The notes below the pieces were generated by a model. That model was not told the origin of the DNA. It did no database searches and worked only from the letters and a program-made list of their open reading frames with translations. A DNA stretch of 48,630 bases from Octopus bimaculoides (lineage: Eukaryota): the NCBI RefSeq assembly GCF_001194135.2, contig NC_068998.1, positions 22,816,997 through 22,865,626 on the forward strand, written 5' to 3'. The position numbers and the translations under genes were made by a program. Shown here one piece after another: positions 1-11,799 of the stretch. The first letter of the stretch is position 1; the number at the start of each line of letters is the position of its first letter.

Positions 1-680
1 GACATTGACGTGTGGGTGTGTGCACGTGTGGGTGTGAGGATGTTCGTGTCGATGCTGGGAAGTGGCCAGTGCTACTATTTGCGCGTGGTGTAATGTGGTA
101 TGGGTGGTGGTGTGTGTTGTGGTGTGGGTGTTGAGAAGTGATCAATGCTAATGTGTGCAGGGTGGTGCGATGTGGTGCGTTGGTGTCGTGTGGGGATATG
201 TGTTGGTGCGATGGTGTGGTGTGGAGTGGTATGGTGGTGTGGAGTGGTGTGGTGAGGTGATGTCTGTTATGTTTTGTTATGGTGTGGTGGTGTGTGGTGT
301 GGTGTGGTGTATTGGTGTTTGGTGTGGTGGTGTTGGGTTGTGGGGAATGCAAGGGTGGAGGATGCTAGGGGTGTGTGGGTTTGGGTGAGAGTGTGGGTAA
401 AGGTAAGGTATGTGGGAGTGAGTTGCGAGGGTGGAATAGGGTATGTGGGATTGGGATATGTTGGGGTGAGGTGTGGTGGGACGGCATGTATAGGGATGGT
501 GGGGTTGGGATGTGTAGGGGTGAGGCAACGATGGAGAGGTGACGATGAAGGGAGAGGGAGTAGGTGTCAGAGGAAGAGAGGAGAAGAGAGGTGTGTGGGA
601 GTGAAGAGATTAAGTAGGTGTGAGAGGAAAAGTGGAGAGACGAGAGGAGTTAGATGAAGTGAGGAGGTGGGCAAACAGAG
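1..680. repeat. G/T-rich low-complexity tract (degenerate GTG/GGT repeats grading into GA-rich sequence), 3' of the Penelope-like fragment
   Basis: Sequence is dominated by gtggtgt/ggtgtg units. The overlapping ORFs are V/W/C/G- or H/P/T-rich compositional artefacts. Confidence 0.85.
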
Positions 681-684
681 AAGA

Positions 685-1050
685 TTAATTCCTGTTCACG
701 GCGAAGACGGGATTCCAGATGGCTCCTGTGCAAATACAATGCGAACACAGACAAGTGTTGTAAACAATGACCGGTAGACCGGGGTGTCGTTGCCGAGTCT
801 GATATCTCGTAGGTGTTCCACAAACCAGTCTGCCAAGCGGCGTCCCGTTTGACCGATGTACAGAGAAGGACACAGAGAGCACGTTCCTAGAAGTGCAGGT
901 GAAAGAGTTAGTGATATGATAGGGTCGATGATGGGGGCCTGTGAGGGGGTTGTTGAAGAGGTAAGGGCAAGTGTGCAGTGTGGGCGGGAGCAGGAGAATG
1001 AGGTTGGTTAAGGAAGAAACTGTTGGCCAGGAGGTCACGTAGGTTGTGGG
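685..1050 (-). mobile_element. Penelope-like retroelement, GIY-YIG endonuclease fragment (frameshifted)
   Basis: Minus strand reads HTCPYL..PLTGP..PYHITNSFTCTSRNV, then after a frameshift CPSLYIGQTGRRLADWFVEHLRDIRLGNDTPV (YIGQTG at 843-860). This is the typical PLE GIY-YIG with an upstream Cys-containing linker. Confidence 0.85.
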
Positions 1051-1059
1051 CTAAGAGAG

Positions 1060-1096
1060 GAAGAGAGAGAATAGAAAGAGAGAGAGAGAGAGAGGG

Positions 1097-1147
<51 letters not shown>
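1060..1147. repeat. (AG)n microsatellite
   Basis: Direct reading. Confidence 0.97.
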
Positions 1148-1480
1148 AATATATGCATATGTTTTATATATACACGTATATATATATACTTATAATCATA
1201 TCAAAGGGAAATGGAAATTAATAAAATTTTTTACTTCGAAGAGGCCTACAGTATAAAAGTTTAGTCCAAAGACTATGAATTACTCATAAGGTACAGTGTA
1301 CATTTAAATACATAAGATGAATCCATTCCTGGGATACCTTACGCTTGAAAGAACAGCTAGGTTCTACAACCACAAAATTAGGGATAACATTTCGAAAGGA
1401 GCGAAATGAAAAATAAAGACTTTTACCATTTCTTCTCCTGGACCAAATTGGTTTCTGACTCTAGTTTAGCAAATAAGATA

Positions 1481-1691
1481 ATTTGCTAGGTGAAGTCGTT
1501 TTAAACAGGTACACCTGAGACTGAAATATATAAACAGGAGGCAATCAATTCCATGCCTCTTGTTTATACATCCTAATTCAGTAGATCTGAAAAAAATAGG
1601 ATGTATAAACGAGAGGCATGGAATTGATTGCCTCGTGTTTATATGTTTTAGTCTTAGGTGTACCTTTTGAAAACGACTTCACCTAGCAAAT
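1481..1691. repeat. Long inverted repeat (fold-back/MITE-like), 95-bp arms with a 21-nt spacer
   Basis: 1481-1575 is the reverse complement of 1597-1691 with 7 mismatches. Confidence 0.95.
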
Positions 1692-3638
1692 ATCAAATTA
1701 GTATTCTAAATAAAATGAAAGTAACAGTATTTTACATTTCTGGGATACTTATGAACTTGTGTTATACATATCATGGACACACTAGTATTCAGGTCACCGA
1801 CGGGAGACATTAAAATTGACAATCACTTATGAAATTTGTGATAGACATGCACCTTTTAAGAAAGTATCACTTTCAGCACGGCGACCGATACTCCTCTAAT
1901 GGGAAAGCAACATTTTTAGGTAAACATAAAGTTTTCATATTTGGAAAATCATCAGTTGTAAATATTTCAAAAAGTATTCATTCATTATCTTCATGTGCTT
2001 TATTATTTTGGGATTGGTGGGTCACAGCAAAAGAAATACATTTTTAATGTGCAGTTCCACAGGTCTGTGTTCTGTAAAGATACATTCGTAAATTAATATA
2101 CTTTAATGCTAGATAGTCTTATTGATACAAATTGTATAGCCCCTTTACGATATATTTTTGTACTTTCCTGTACGACAATTAAATCAGCTTGTTCATATAC
2201 ATTGTGCATTTCTCAGATTCAGCTGAAAATATTTATATCTATGGGAGCACAACTAACAAGCAGAATAAAAAAAAAAAAAATATGGCATTGAACCTTACAG
2301 CAATATAAAATATACCATGTATATAGTGGATAACAATTTAAGCACGAGACATCATTTTGCAAAGAATTGCAAGTTGAAATCAAATATGGCATTTGTTTAT
2401 TGCAGGTGATGGCATAATATAATTTATTTACTTTTGTTAGAGTCTATTTCCTACTCATCGGGTTTGATGACATTATTATTACGGGTTTAATGGCATTAAT
2501 ATCACTTCGAATTTTTCCTAATCTAGTTAATTTCTCCAACAGTGACAGCGGTAATTTGATTTCTTAACAACAACTTGCCTTTACTAGCAGCCAGTAAATT
2601 TGACACAAAATAATTCATTTACTGTTTACAGCTCTTAATATACCTATTGTGAAGCCATCTCTTTTTAACATCATTAAAAGCTTTAACAATGTAATTGCTA
2701 TATTGGCAATATTCAGAAAATTGATGAAGCTTGAAATTTCTAAGGTGACTCTCAAAGGAGTATGATTATGTAGTGTTGATATGCTCGTAGTTTTATTTTT
2801 CAAAGAAGGCATGAGAAACGATTTCACTGTAGATTCATATTTAACCTTGCTGTTACGAAAAATGTTACTAGAATATTGACATTTAACGCAGTTTCAAATA
2901 ATTTCACGTTTCACGTTTAATCAATACAATCATTACACCAAATTTATTTTCAATGTTTTGGATGAAAATGAATGGCTAAAAGAAAGAAAACATTTTGGGA
3001 TCACCATTTGTGATCGCTCAAGTGCATTGATAATTCCATCAGTTCAGAAAACTTGAATGAAGCCCACAAATTACAATCTGGTGTAAAAAAAAAAACACCT
3101 TGAAATAACCAATAGATGGATGGTTCCATGTGCGACGGAGATATTCCTGGTACTGGGGCGTGAGGCCAAATTTGCATGAACGTGTAGAGTGAACTAAACA
3201 ATTATGAATTTTCATATTCTTTCGAGTCATAATTGCTTTATAATTCACTTTACATGAAATACTATTGGAAAAATTAACTTATATAAATGGAGAGAGAGAG
3301 TATAGTATAGTACTAATCAACTTATTCTTACCTGTCATAGTTTATTTATTTTACCCGATTACGTTATTTAGTCATTATTGTAAATTGTTCACAGACATAT
3401 TAATTCAAGCAAAGGATTTCGTTTTTAAGTAATGTCCCCTAGCTGACGTTAGTCATGTACATTTGTAGATACATCCGCTGGTCAAAAACACTGCTGTAAC
3501 AGCCAACAGTTTTCCTGTGACCATCAGGAGGTAGAAGGTTTTACAATTTTCTTTCATGGATCTCAGTAATATTTACCTCGTTGTATTAGCCAACAGTGAC
3601 TTAAGGATGATGGCTTAAAGTAATAATGCAACATTGAC

Positions 3639-3643
<5 letters not shown>

Positions 3644-3706
<63 letters not shown>
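3644..3706. repeat. (CT)n microsatellite
   Basis: Direct reading. Confidence 0.97.
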
Positions 3707-3710
<4 letters not shown>

Positions 3711-4197
3711 ATTGGAACTTCGTTGGCTTGCTTCGTTGGTTTGTGGTGGTTCTGAAATTGATAGGGTGACAGTTCATCTACAGTTAATCAATACGGTACG
3801 CCTGTATTAAATTGGAATATATAAACTTTTATGTTCGTCTATTTACTCTATCACTCTGTAAAAACCTACTATCTAGACGTGGTGATGGAACCATGAGTCT
3901 ATAAATTTGACTGGTGATGGACCTTGATTTTGGATTACCTGGAATACAATAGCGATTACAAGATATTTGATAGCCGGTTATATTTTTTCGATTGAAAGCT
4001 TAAAAAGTGATTCATCTGGTTTACTAATTACGTATTAATCCCTCTTTGTTCACACACACACACCACACACACACAAAAACACACTCACACACACGTACGC
4101 ACACTTCTATGTATGTGTGTTTATGTCTAAATAAAGAAGGACTAATAAGGGATTAGTAATCGAGACAAAATACTTTTCAGCTCTCCATAGATAAATT

Positions 4198-4472
4198 TAC
4201 GTGGGAAATGAAAACTAATCCTCATTTTCCCCATAGCATATTTTTATCATTATCACACTGTCTTTTGGGCATGTTTGCTTACAGTTTGTATAGCTGTGGT
4301 CATGTGATAGAAGGTTGAGCCTGATCGCGCCATTTTTCTATCTGGCTTTACAGTGTAAGCATGACTACTCCACTAGCAATATGCACCGAAGAAGAACAAG
4401 GATCAGTGATACGATTTCTCTGGTCGGAAGATGTGTCAGGAGCTGAAATTCATGAGAGGCTTTTTAGCACAG
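4198..4472 (+). mobile_element. mariner transposase 5' fragment (N-terminal HTH start)
   Basis: ATG at 4361: MTTPLAICTEEEQGSVIRFLWSEDVSGAEIHERL(fs)LAQ resembles mariner N-termini. A possible decayed TIR (tacgtgggaaatgaaaactaat) lies at about 4198. Confidence 0.7.
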
Positions 4473-4655
4473 TTGGTTAATGGTTTTAATGATCTGGGCA
4501 GCCGCGTGTGTGTATGCGTTGTCATGCAACAACAAAGCATTCTTCGACGATAGGCTTCGACGTTTGGTGCGAATTCCTGAGCTCAGTTTGTTGGCCAGCA
4601 AAACACTATGCCTTGCACTGTTGATCGTACACCACTTTTCCAGCACCTGACGAAC
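4470..4655 (-). mobile_element. mariner transposase catalytic-domain fragment, inverted relative to the adjacent 5' fragment
   Basis: TINSARHSVLLANKLSSGIRTKRRSLSSKNALLLHDNAYTHAAAQIIKTINQL contains the HDNA motif (second Asp of DD34D). Confidence 0.8.
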
Positions 4656-5078
4656 ACGGATACATACATACATGCATACATACATACATACATACATACA
4701 TACACATTGTGTTTGTACTTGTGTCTGTGTGTGTGTGCGTGTGTGCGTGCGTGTGTGTATGTCTGTGTGTATGTACATATATTTGTACACACATACACAT
4801 ATTTCTAGTATGATAAATATTAAATGTCCAGGTTCTGTGACTGAAAAGGAGATAACCACTCCGATATTCTTGCATGTAACAGTTTGGATAGGTGTCGCAT
4901 CGAGCTGATTTATGTGTATTACACCCTTTGTCTAGAGCGATAAATTTTCTCCATGACAAAATACAGTGAATGAATTGTTTACGAAGTCCGAACGTGTTAC
5001 CGGCATATTCGAACAAGTAATACCATTGCTTTCATCTCTTACCTCTCACCTCGTAATAATCATATTAATTATATAATA

Positions 5079-6020
5079 ATGCAGTTACCATATTATTCGA
5101 GCAAGAGTAGAGTAATTATTGTCTACTTCTGGAGGCAAACACAATGTCCTTGGAACCTGCAACAAAAGGAATATGTGCAATATATGTTCATGGTCTCGAA
5201 GTTACGGGCACTTGTAAATAAAGTATATATATGCAAATTAGAGGCAAATAAATTGGTTGGAAAATTATGTAAATTATCAGCTGCGCCCAGTATTAAAGGG
5301 CAGTTTTGCTGTTTAGCAGCGCGCTACAGAGATGATATCGTTGTAAATTAAAGTTCGAATTGAAACTATATCAATGTTGTGAAGAGATTTAAGAGGGTAA
5401 ATCCTGTTTCTGCGATTAAATGCGCTAAAATCTGCAATATTCATTGATCGAACTAGTTTAATATGCAAACTAGTATTCTAGTTATCAATGGTATGACTGA
5501 GTATATTTCTATTATCATCACTTGTAGGTATGCGTATGCAAATTGTCAATGCCTCAGCTAGAAAGAATTAATGAAGACACAATCTGACCACAAGCTCATT
5601 AAATAATATGGAACATACGGTCAATATCTTTCTATACAGACTTCTGCTTTTAGTATCGCTATCTCAAACAGAAATTCGTATTCTGTTGCATCGTATAATT
5701 CTAGGATATCTATAAATATATCGTATTTAACATTTGGTAATATGTGCATTATCACTTGTAAATGACATAATCACTAAAATTGAGTCCTGGTAAGTCCTAT
5801 GGTTTGTTTGGCGACAGTATTCGCCATATGGTTTCCTTTCACTTTCTTTGTTTCGGCTGACATTGCTACCTCTAAAAATATGTAAAATATTCTTAAGTTT
5901 TATATTAAGAATGCCCGCGTTAATAATTCTTGTACTATTAATTATTAATGCAATTTTCATCATATTTTGACAAACGTCAGCAGTAAGAAAACATGTTTCA
6001 ATTTTCGTTAGTTTATCCAA
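5079..6020 (+). pseudogene. Decayed intronless class-A (rhodopsin-family) GPCR
   Basis: Motif remnants occur in order over about 940 nt: [W]NL (N at 5154); KLRALVNKVYICKLEANKLVG (TM2-like); SAIFIDRTSLICKL (DR 5446-5451); SMV*LSIFLLSSL (W->TGA 5494); IILGYL*IYR (Y 5707, same frame as DR); VFAIWFPF (W 5829); NSC (5925, 32 codons after W, as in beta2AR W286-N318). There are multiple stops and frameshifts. Read by eye; AT-rich DNA inflates hydrophobic look-alikes. Confidence 0.65.
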
Positions 6021-6329
6021 TATGTTACTATCTGCCTAAATCTCCATCCTGTGCATATGAAATGGCATTCCTTCCGTGAGAGCAGATTGAAATAAAGTCG
6101 CTCTAAAATTGCAAAGAGAAATAACAAATCCTATTGCTGCAAATATCTTGGCGGTTACATTCAATAACAAAATCAACAGCAACGATAATAATAATTATAA
6201 CAGCAATAATAATACAAACCAACAATTTAAATTTTAGTGACTAGAACAAGAACAAGAATGATGATGATGATGACGCCGACGCCGACGACGACGATGGTAA
6301 TGATGATAATTATTTGAAGCTGTATGGCG

Positions 6330-7630
6330 AATATGAGGTGCAAGTTCCTTGGTTAATACTGTCTACTGTTTTAGTACTGATATTAAAATTGAATTCACAC
6401 TCAATAACTGTGGTGTAACGAGAGTGAAAAGAGGTAAGGTGCAACCCCTGGTAGGGATAGAATTACCAAATTGGGAAGTAATGAAGCCAAATGAAAAAGA
6501 AGGTCAGATATACCTTGGCGTATTATAGTTCAATTATATCATGGAGAGCGAAATTAATGGACAGCATAGAAAGACTACAAATGGTGCTGCGGTAAAAATT
6601 GACTGGACAGAATAAATTCCAAGCAGCAAATACATAAGCGAAGGCCTCTCTCAGGTATGGAGCTGGAATCAGAGAGTGGCAAAATAATGGACTGATGAGT
6701 AATTACTGACATTACGTGGAGTATTCCATCTGAAGTGTTTCATTGGACGGTTGAACAGAAGAAAGTGCAGGAGGGGTTCGATCAATTATCAGGATCTTGT
6801 TCGATCAAAAGAAAGCAGTTTAGGGTGGGATGTGAGAAATGCCGTGGATCCATTGCTGATGTATGAGAAAACGTCCGGCATCATGGCAGCTGAGAATTTT
6901 ATTGTGAAAGACAAACTTAAAAAGTAAAAGTACATGGACAACGAAATGGCTTGTACAGGAAACAAATGTATTCTCAGCTTACAAGAGATACGAGTACAAG
7001 AACAGAAACAGAAAAGGAAGGCTGTTTGTTATCGAGGAAGAAGAGTGATTTGAAAATAGAAGCAATAATTTATATGTGTAGCAAAGCAAGCATTGAAGAA
7101 AACCAAGTGTAGAGCTGAGAGCAACAAACGCAGAATATGTTGTGAAAAGGATGAAATAAAATGAAACATTGTTAGTGAATGCCCAAAATTGGCACAACGC
7201 AAATACGCCTAGAAAGATCAATGCCATAAACTGATCAAATTTCAGGTGCTACTGAGAATCAGGATTGCAGAATCCTGTGAGATGCAATAATTCAGTGTGA
7301 CTATCAGATTAAACATGGGATCTTAATATTGTTGTTGTCAACATAAAAGAAGGAAATATATCTGGTAATTGATATTGCATGTCATGGTGAGAAGATGATT
7401 TAAAAGGAAATAAGAAGAGGAGGTGAATAACTACGAGGACTTAGACTGGAAAATACGCAGGTTGCGGGCATTCAAGAAAGTGGACAAGATACCGATTGTG
7501 ACTAGCGCACTTGGATGTGTTAGTACACAACAACGCAACTACCAGCGTGGCTCAAAAAGATTGAAACAAAAAGACTGGAAAAATCATTGCTTGGAACTGC
7601 ATGAGTCCTCTGCAGGGTTCTTAAAGCATG
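6330..7630 (+). mobile_element. RLE-type (R4/Dong-like) LINE remnant: RT C-terminal half, CCHC and endonuclease region, heavily decayed
   Basis: FSTDIKIEFTLNNCGVTRVKRGKV..GIELPN.EV....EG.IYLGVL; NIVSECPKLAQ; YEDLDWKIRRL....VDKIPIVTSALG. Confidence 0.75.
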
Positions 7631-7764
7631 ATTAGTAAAGAAGGGTCACTTTAGTTTGAAGCTCACACTTTCCATCATAGCCAGCAAAAGAAATCTGAAG
7701 TTTTTCATGATATCATAAACATAATGGTTTCAGATTTAAGCACAAAGTTAGGAATTTTAAGGGG

Positions 7765-7825
7765 GCGAATACTTTGATTGCAATGACACCCCTGGGCTCG
7801 ACTGGTACTTATTTTATTAATGGAA
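7765..7825 (-). mobile_element. SINE body fragment
   Basis: gacacccctgggctcgactggtacttattttatt matches the reverse complement of the ataaaataagtaccag..ggggtcgat body seen in the SINEs at 16.4-16.8 kb and 39.5 kb. Confidence 0.5.
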
Positions 7826-7869
7826 AAGTTTAAAGGAATGTAAGTATTTGTAATATTAGTACTAAAGTT

Positions 7870-8130
7870 GATGATGGTTATGAAACAGACTGAGATCATA
7901 AACAGTGCAATACCATATGACAATAAAATGGTTTCCAAAGAAAGCGAGAAAATCAAGAAATTGCAAGCCCTGCCTCGAATGATGAAGTGATTATGGAAGT
8001 CTCAGTCGACAATTTTCATGTGATAATTGGTTTTCTTGGCATAAGACCTATATCCCTAACTATAAATTTGCAAATAATCCACACATGCTGCAGCGAAGAC
8101 TAGGCTTGAGAACGCCCTCTAATGTCTAGA
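7870..8130 (+). mobile_element. RLE-LINE 3' (endonuclease) fragment
   Basis: AIPYDNKMVSKESEKIKKLQAL...LWK....HVIIGFLG resembles the endonuclease C-terminus of the copy at 11.0-11.5 kb. Confidence 0.6.
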
Positions 8131-8399
8131 TTATAAAAATGAAACGCAAAAGTGTTTCATGAAATGTGGGGCAGTGATCATCTATCAGTTAAGTATGAGG
8201 GCAAAGATCTCTGCGCAAAATATTTCCAGGCATGGTAATCCTACTAAATGCCGACAGACGAAAATATATTCAGCTGCATTTCAGTAGTTATAATTTTGAT
8301 GACATTTTTCTCGTTTGTTTGATCTTTTATATGTATAATCATATATTCATGCATACACGTGCACACATACATACACACATTACATTAAAATTGATTTAT

Positions 8400-9100
8400 T
8401 TACATATCTATTGGACAAGTTTCTATGTACAAACAAAAGCTTTATATAATACGGACTGATAATCTTATCCCCAATTGGACACTAAATAAATGTTTGAAAG
8501 AAGAAAATAAACGTTTGCTATTACATGTTGATCAATGCAACATATAATTGCCAATCTGTAAATTTCTATCTAATATAAGACACATTGTGATTTAGAGGTG
8601 CAGTACGAACTATAAAGATAAACTTTAAGAGCACAACTTTATAAAAGGGCCTCTCATCCAAAAACCATTAGCGACTCGTAGCTGATTAAATATCTAAAGC
8701 GGCAAATAAAAAAATAATGTAGAAATATAAAAAAAGAATCTATCCATGTTTCATTATTATTTGCACTAAAACAGGTTTAGTTTCTGCGGTCGATTATATA
8801 TCGTAAATTTGATAAAAGTTGTTCGCTACTTCGGAGATTGTAAAACATATGCTCGAAAGCATTTCACGAATATTAATGAACACAAAGAAGTACATTTTCA
8901 GCGTGCGAGCATAAAGAACATGTATAAAGATAGCATAAGAAAAATATATAAACATACCCTTGAGTGATATGGGTGAGAAAGAAAACATTTGGCATCCGCT
9001 CTACAAAGAGACAAGCGTTTAGGTTGCGCTAAATAATGAGGTACTTTAAGATCACTTGTAGAATGGTTCGTATTTATTTCCATTTGTACTTTATTGAAAC
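8400..9100 (-). pseudogene. Possible decayed class-A GPCR (TM1-TM4 remnants)
   Basis: Minus strand: hydrophobic MFIYFSYAIFIHVLYARTLKMYFFVFINI; MVFG; CALKVYLYSSYCTS (C 8633-8635), then a frameshift to ITMCLILDRNLQI (DR 8565-8570, about 22 codons after C versus the usual 24). Weak. Confidence 0.3.
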
Positions 9101-9196
9101 TGTATATACAGACATACCTACATACATACATAGGAAGAGAATTAGGTAGCTAGATGTATCTATCTATATACCTATTATCTAGCTATCTATCTTCCC

Positions 9197-9227
<31 letters not shown>

Positions 9228-9235
9228 TATACTCT

Positions 9236-9425
9236 TTTCCTTGTTTCAGTCATTTGACTGCGGCAATGATGGAGCGCCGCCTATAGTCGAGCAAATCGAC
9301 CCCAGGACTTATTCTTTGTAAGCCTACTACTTATTCTATCGTTCTCTTTTGCTGAAGCGCTATGTTACGGAGACGTAAACACACGAGCATCGGTTGTCAA
9401 GCGATATTGGGAGAACAAACGCAGA
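9236..9425 (-). mobile_element. SINE 3' body (cephalopod-type)
   Basis: tttcagtcatttgactgcggc...gtcgagcaaatcgacccc..acttattct; homologous to 46875-47050 in this window. Confidence 0.7.
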
Positions 9426-9480
9426 CACACAAACATGTACACACACAGACACAGACACACACACACACATATAGACATAT

Positions 9481-9646
9481 ATACGACGGACTTCTTTCAG
9501 TTCCCGTCTACCAAATGCACTCAGAAGGCTTCTGTCGGTCCGAGGCTATAGTAGAAGACACTAGCCCAGGTGCCACGTAGTGGGAATGAACCCGGAACCA
9601 TGTGGTTAGTAAGCAAGCTACTTACCACACAGCCACTCCTGCGCCC
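9481..9646 (-). mobile_element. tRNA-derived SINE
   Basis: Minus strand ggcgcaggagtggctgtgtggtaagtagc (A-box-like)...ccgggttcattccc (B-box-like)...tttggtagacgggaactgaaagaag; homologous copies at 44079 and 47128. Confidence 0.85.
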
Positions 9647-9709
9647 ACCTATATATATATATATATATACATACGCACACACACACACACACACACACAN
9701 NNNNNNNNN

Positions 9710-9975
9710 TGTATGTATATATGTGTGTGAATCCATATGTATATATGTATGCATGTTTGTGCATCTATATGTATGTATTCTGCATATTCATTTGCATGCA
9801 TGTCCGTCTTTGTGTATTTTTTTTATGTCTGTATCTGAGCGTGTGTTTGTATATATATATGCACTTCTAACTCCTTGTGTGTGTATGTCTGAGTGTGTGT
9901 GTGTGTTTTGCAAATATGTACCATATTTGTATGTATGGATGTGCATCTCCATATGTGTGGACACGTGTCTCCATA
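9710..9975. other. Gap-flanked duplicate of 10202-10467 (likely assembly artefact)
   Basis: 266 bp near-identical (I see one substitution, cattc vs tagtc context) and bounded on both sides by 10-N gaps. Confidence 0.8.
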
Positions 9976-10623
9976 NNNNNNNNNNACATATTATATGGGT
10001 GTTGTAAAATTCAACCGGTTTTCGCTATTTAAATTCGCTTTTCAAGGTGCATTGTAAAGTGATTAATTCGCATGATGAGGGGGTTTCTGTCCGTTATCTA
10101 CACTGCGTTCCTTTTTGTTTGCTTGCCCGCATGTGTGTGGATCAGTGTGTGTGTGCCTATGCATGCATGTGTGCATGTATATATGTATATATGCATGTAT
10201 GTGTATGTATATATGTGTGTGAATCCATATGTATATATGTATGCATGTTTGTGCATCTATATGTATGTATTCTGCATAGTCATTTGCATGCATGTCCGTC
10301 TTTGTGTATTTTTTTTATGTCTGTATCTGAGCGTGTGTTTGTATATATATATGCACTTCTAACTCCTTGTGTGTGTATGTCTGAGTGTGTGTGTGTGTTT
10401 TGCAAATATGTACCATATTTGTATGTATGGATGTGCATCTCCATATGTGTGGACACGTGTCTCCATATGTGTCCTTGTGTAAAGTAAAGAGTGTGTATGT
10501 ATGGTCATGTGTTTCAGTCTCCATTTGCGTATGTATGCTTGTCCATATAATCTATGCACCTCTCTGCCAGTATCTTGATCTGTTTATTTTCATATCCATA
10601 TGCTTACATACATATGCATACAT

Positions 10624-10656
<33 letters not shown>

Positions 10657-10749
10657 CACCCGCACACACACATACATGCATCTATCTACATAACAGCTAC
10701 TAACTATTCTACTCCACCAGTGTAAACTTTGGGTGTGGAGGTATGATAT

Positions 10750-10968
10750 CTACAATGTATATTTCCTATTTAGTATTGGGGAAGTTTCATTTATAAAGAG
10801 GTACTCCCGTATTTGTCTGTGTGTAGGCTCTTTTGGTTGCTTGGATAAGATGCGGATGTCGAGTTGACCAAAGTTGCCTCCATGGTGGTCTTTGGCATGT
10901 TGTGGAGTAATGGAGGACAGTCTGTTGTCGTCATATTGTCTCAGATGTTCATTTATTCGCTTCTTTCT
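10750..10968 (-). mobile_element. Penelope-like GIY-YIG C-terminal fragment
   Basis: RKKRINEHLRQYDDNRLSSITPQHAKDHH....DIRILSKQ......QIREYLFINETSPILNRKYTL* carries the R..EH, H...H, E..I and P.LNR signature. Confidence 0.7.
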
Positions 10969-10974
10969 GTAACC

Positions 10975-11712
10975 ACGAGTTTGAACCTATAGACCACCTA
11001 ATCTCAGGGTGGACAGTCTTAGCACCTGTAGAATATAAAGAAAGACATGACAGAGTCGACCAGTATTTACACTGGACAATATGTCGGCATTATAAAATCA
11101 AAACCGCTAACAAATGGTATAAACAGCATCCTGAAGCTGTGACTGAGGGAGAAAATGTATCGATTTTTTGGGACTTCCCCGTACATACTGATAACACTAT
11201 AAAAGCTAATAAACCGGATATTATTATAAAAGAACATACAAAGAAGATGCATTCATTAATTGACATGAGTATTTCTTGCTATCATAATATAGCGGCGAAA
11301 GAATTTGACAAGATCAATAAATATAAAAAAAACTTGCTAATAGAAATTGATAAAATGTGGCATCGCAAGGCGACTACCGAACCAGTCATTGTAGGGTCTC
11401 TAGGAATGATAAAAAAAAAGGTACTAAAACCTGTTTGAAAATGATGCCAGGCTTACCATCCCTACAGGAAGTGCAAAAAATCGTGTTAACTGGAAAAACT
11501 CATATACTGAGAAGAGCCTAATGGCTGTGAAAACAACATCAATTCATGAATTTATTTATTTATTAATTTTTTTTTTAATGCATATTTTACCTGTGAATTT
11601 GCGTTTGTAAACTGGGAATGCGTACGATGAGCTTCTCTACCCTAGGTGTACGGAAAACACTCGGCGAGAAATGGAAGTAAATTTGAAGAAAGAAGAAAGA
11701 AGAAAAAAAAAT
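10975..11712 (+). mobile_element. RLE-type (R4/Dong-like) LINE 3' end: CCHC, restriction-like endonuclease, 3' UTR and A-rich tail
   Basis: IDHLISG..VLAPVEYKERHD...YLHWTIC; WDFPVHTDNTIKANKPDIII...LIDMSI..HNIAAKEFDKINKY...EIDKMW...VIVGSLG; PSLQEVQKIVLTG. Confidence 0.92.
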
Positions 11713-11799
11713 AGATTCTATGCCTGATTGAATGACTAGAGGGCGGACAACATTACAAAGGATAACAGCAAGGTTAATACAGCTACCAACTATAGACAT

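Noticed and set aside
155-657. Overlapping 77-127 aa ORFs at the window start
   Set aside because: Low-complexity GT-rich DNA; the translations merely reflect repeat composition.
2620-2830. NNVIAILAIFRK...LCSVDMLV resembling GPCR TM1-TM2 on the + strand
   Set aside because: No convincing TM3-TM7 follow at the right distance; compatible with AT-rich chance.
3614-3940. Possible minus-strand exons (GNPKSRSITSQIY...; EPPQTNEASQRSS...)
   Set aside because: Weak donor, a frame running through an (AG)n repeat, and no recognisable homology.
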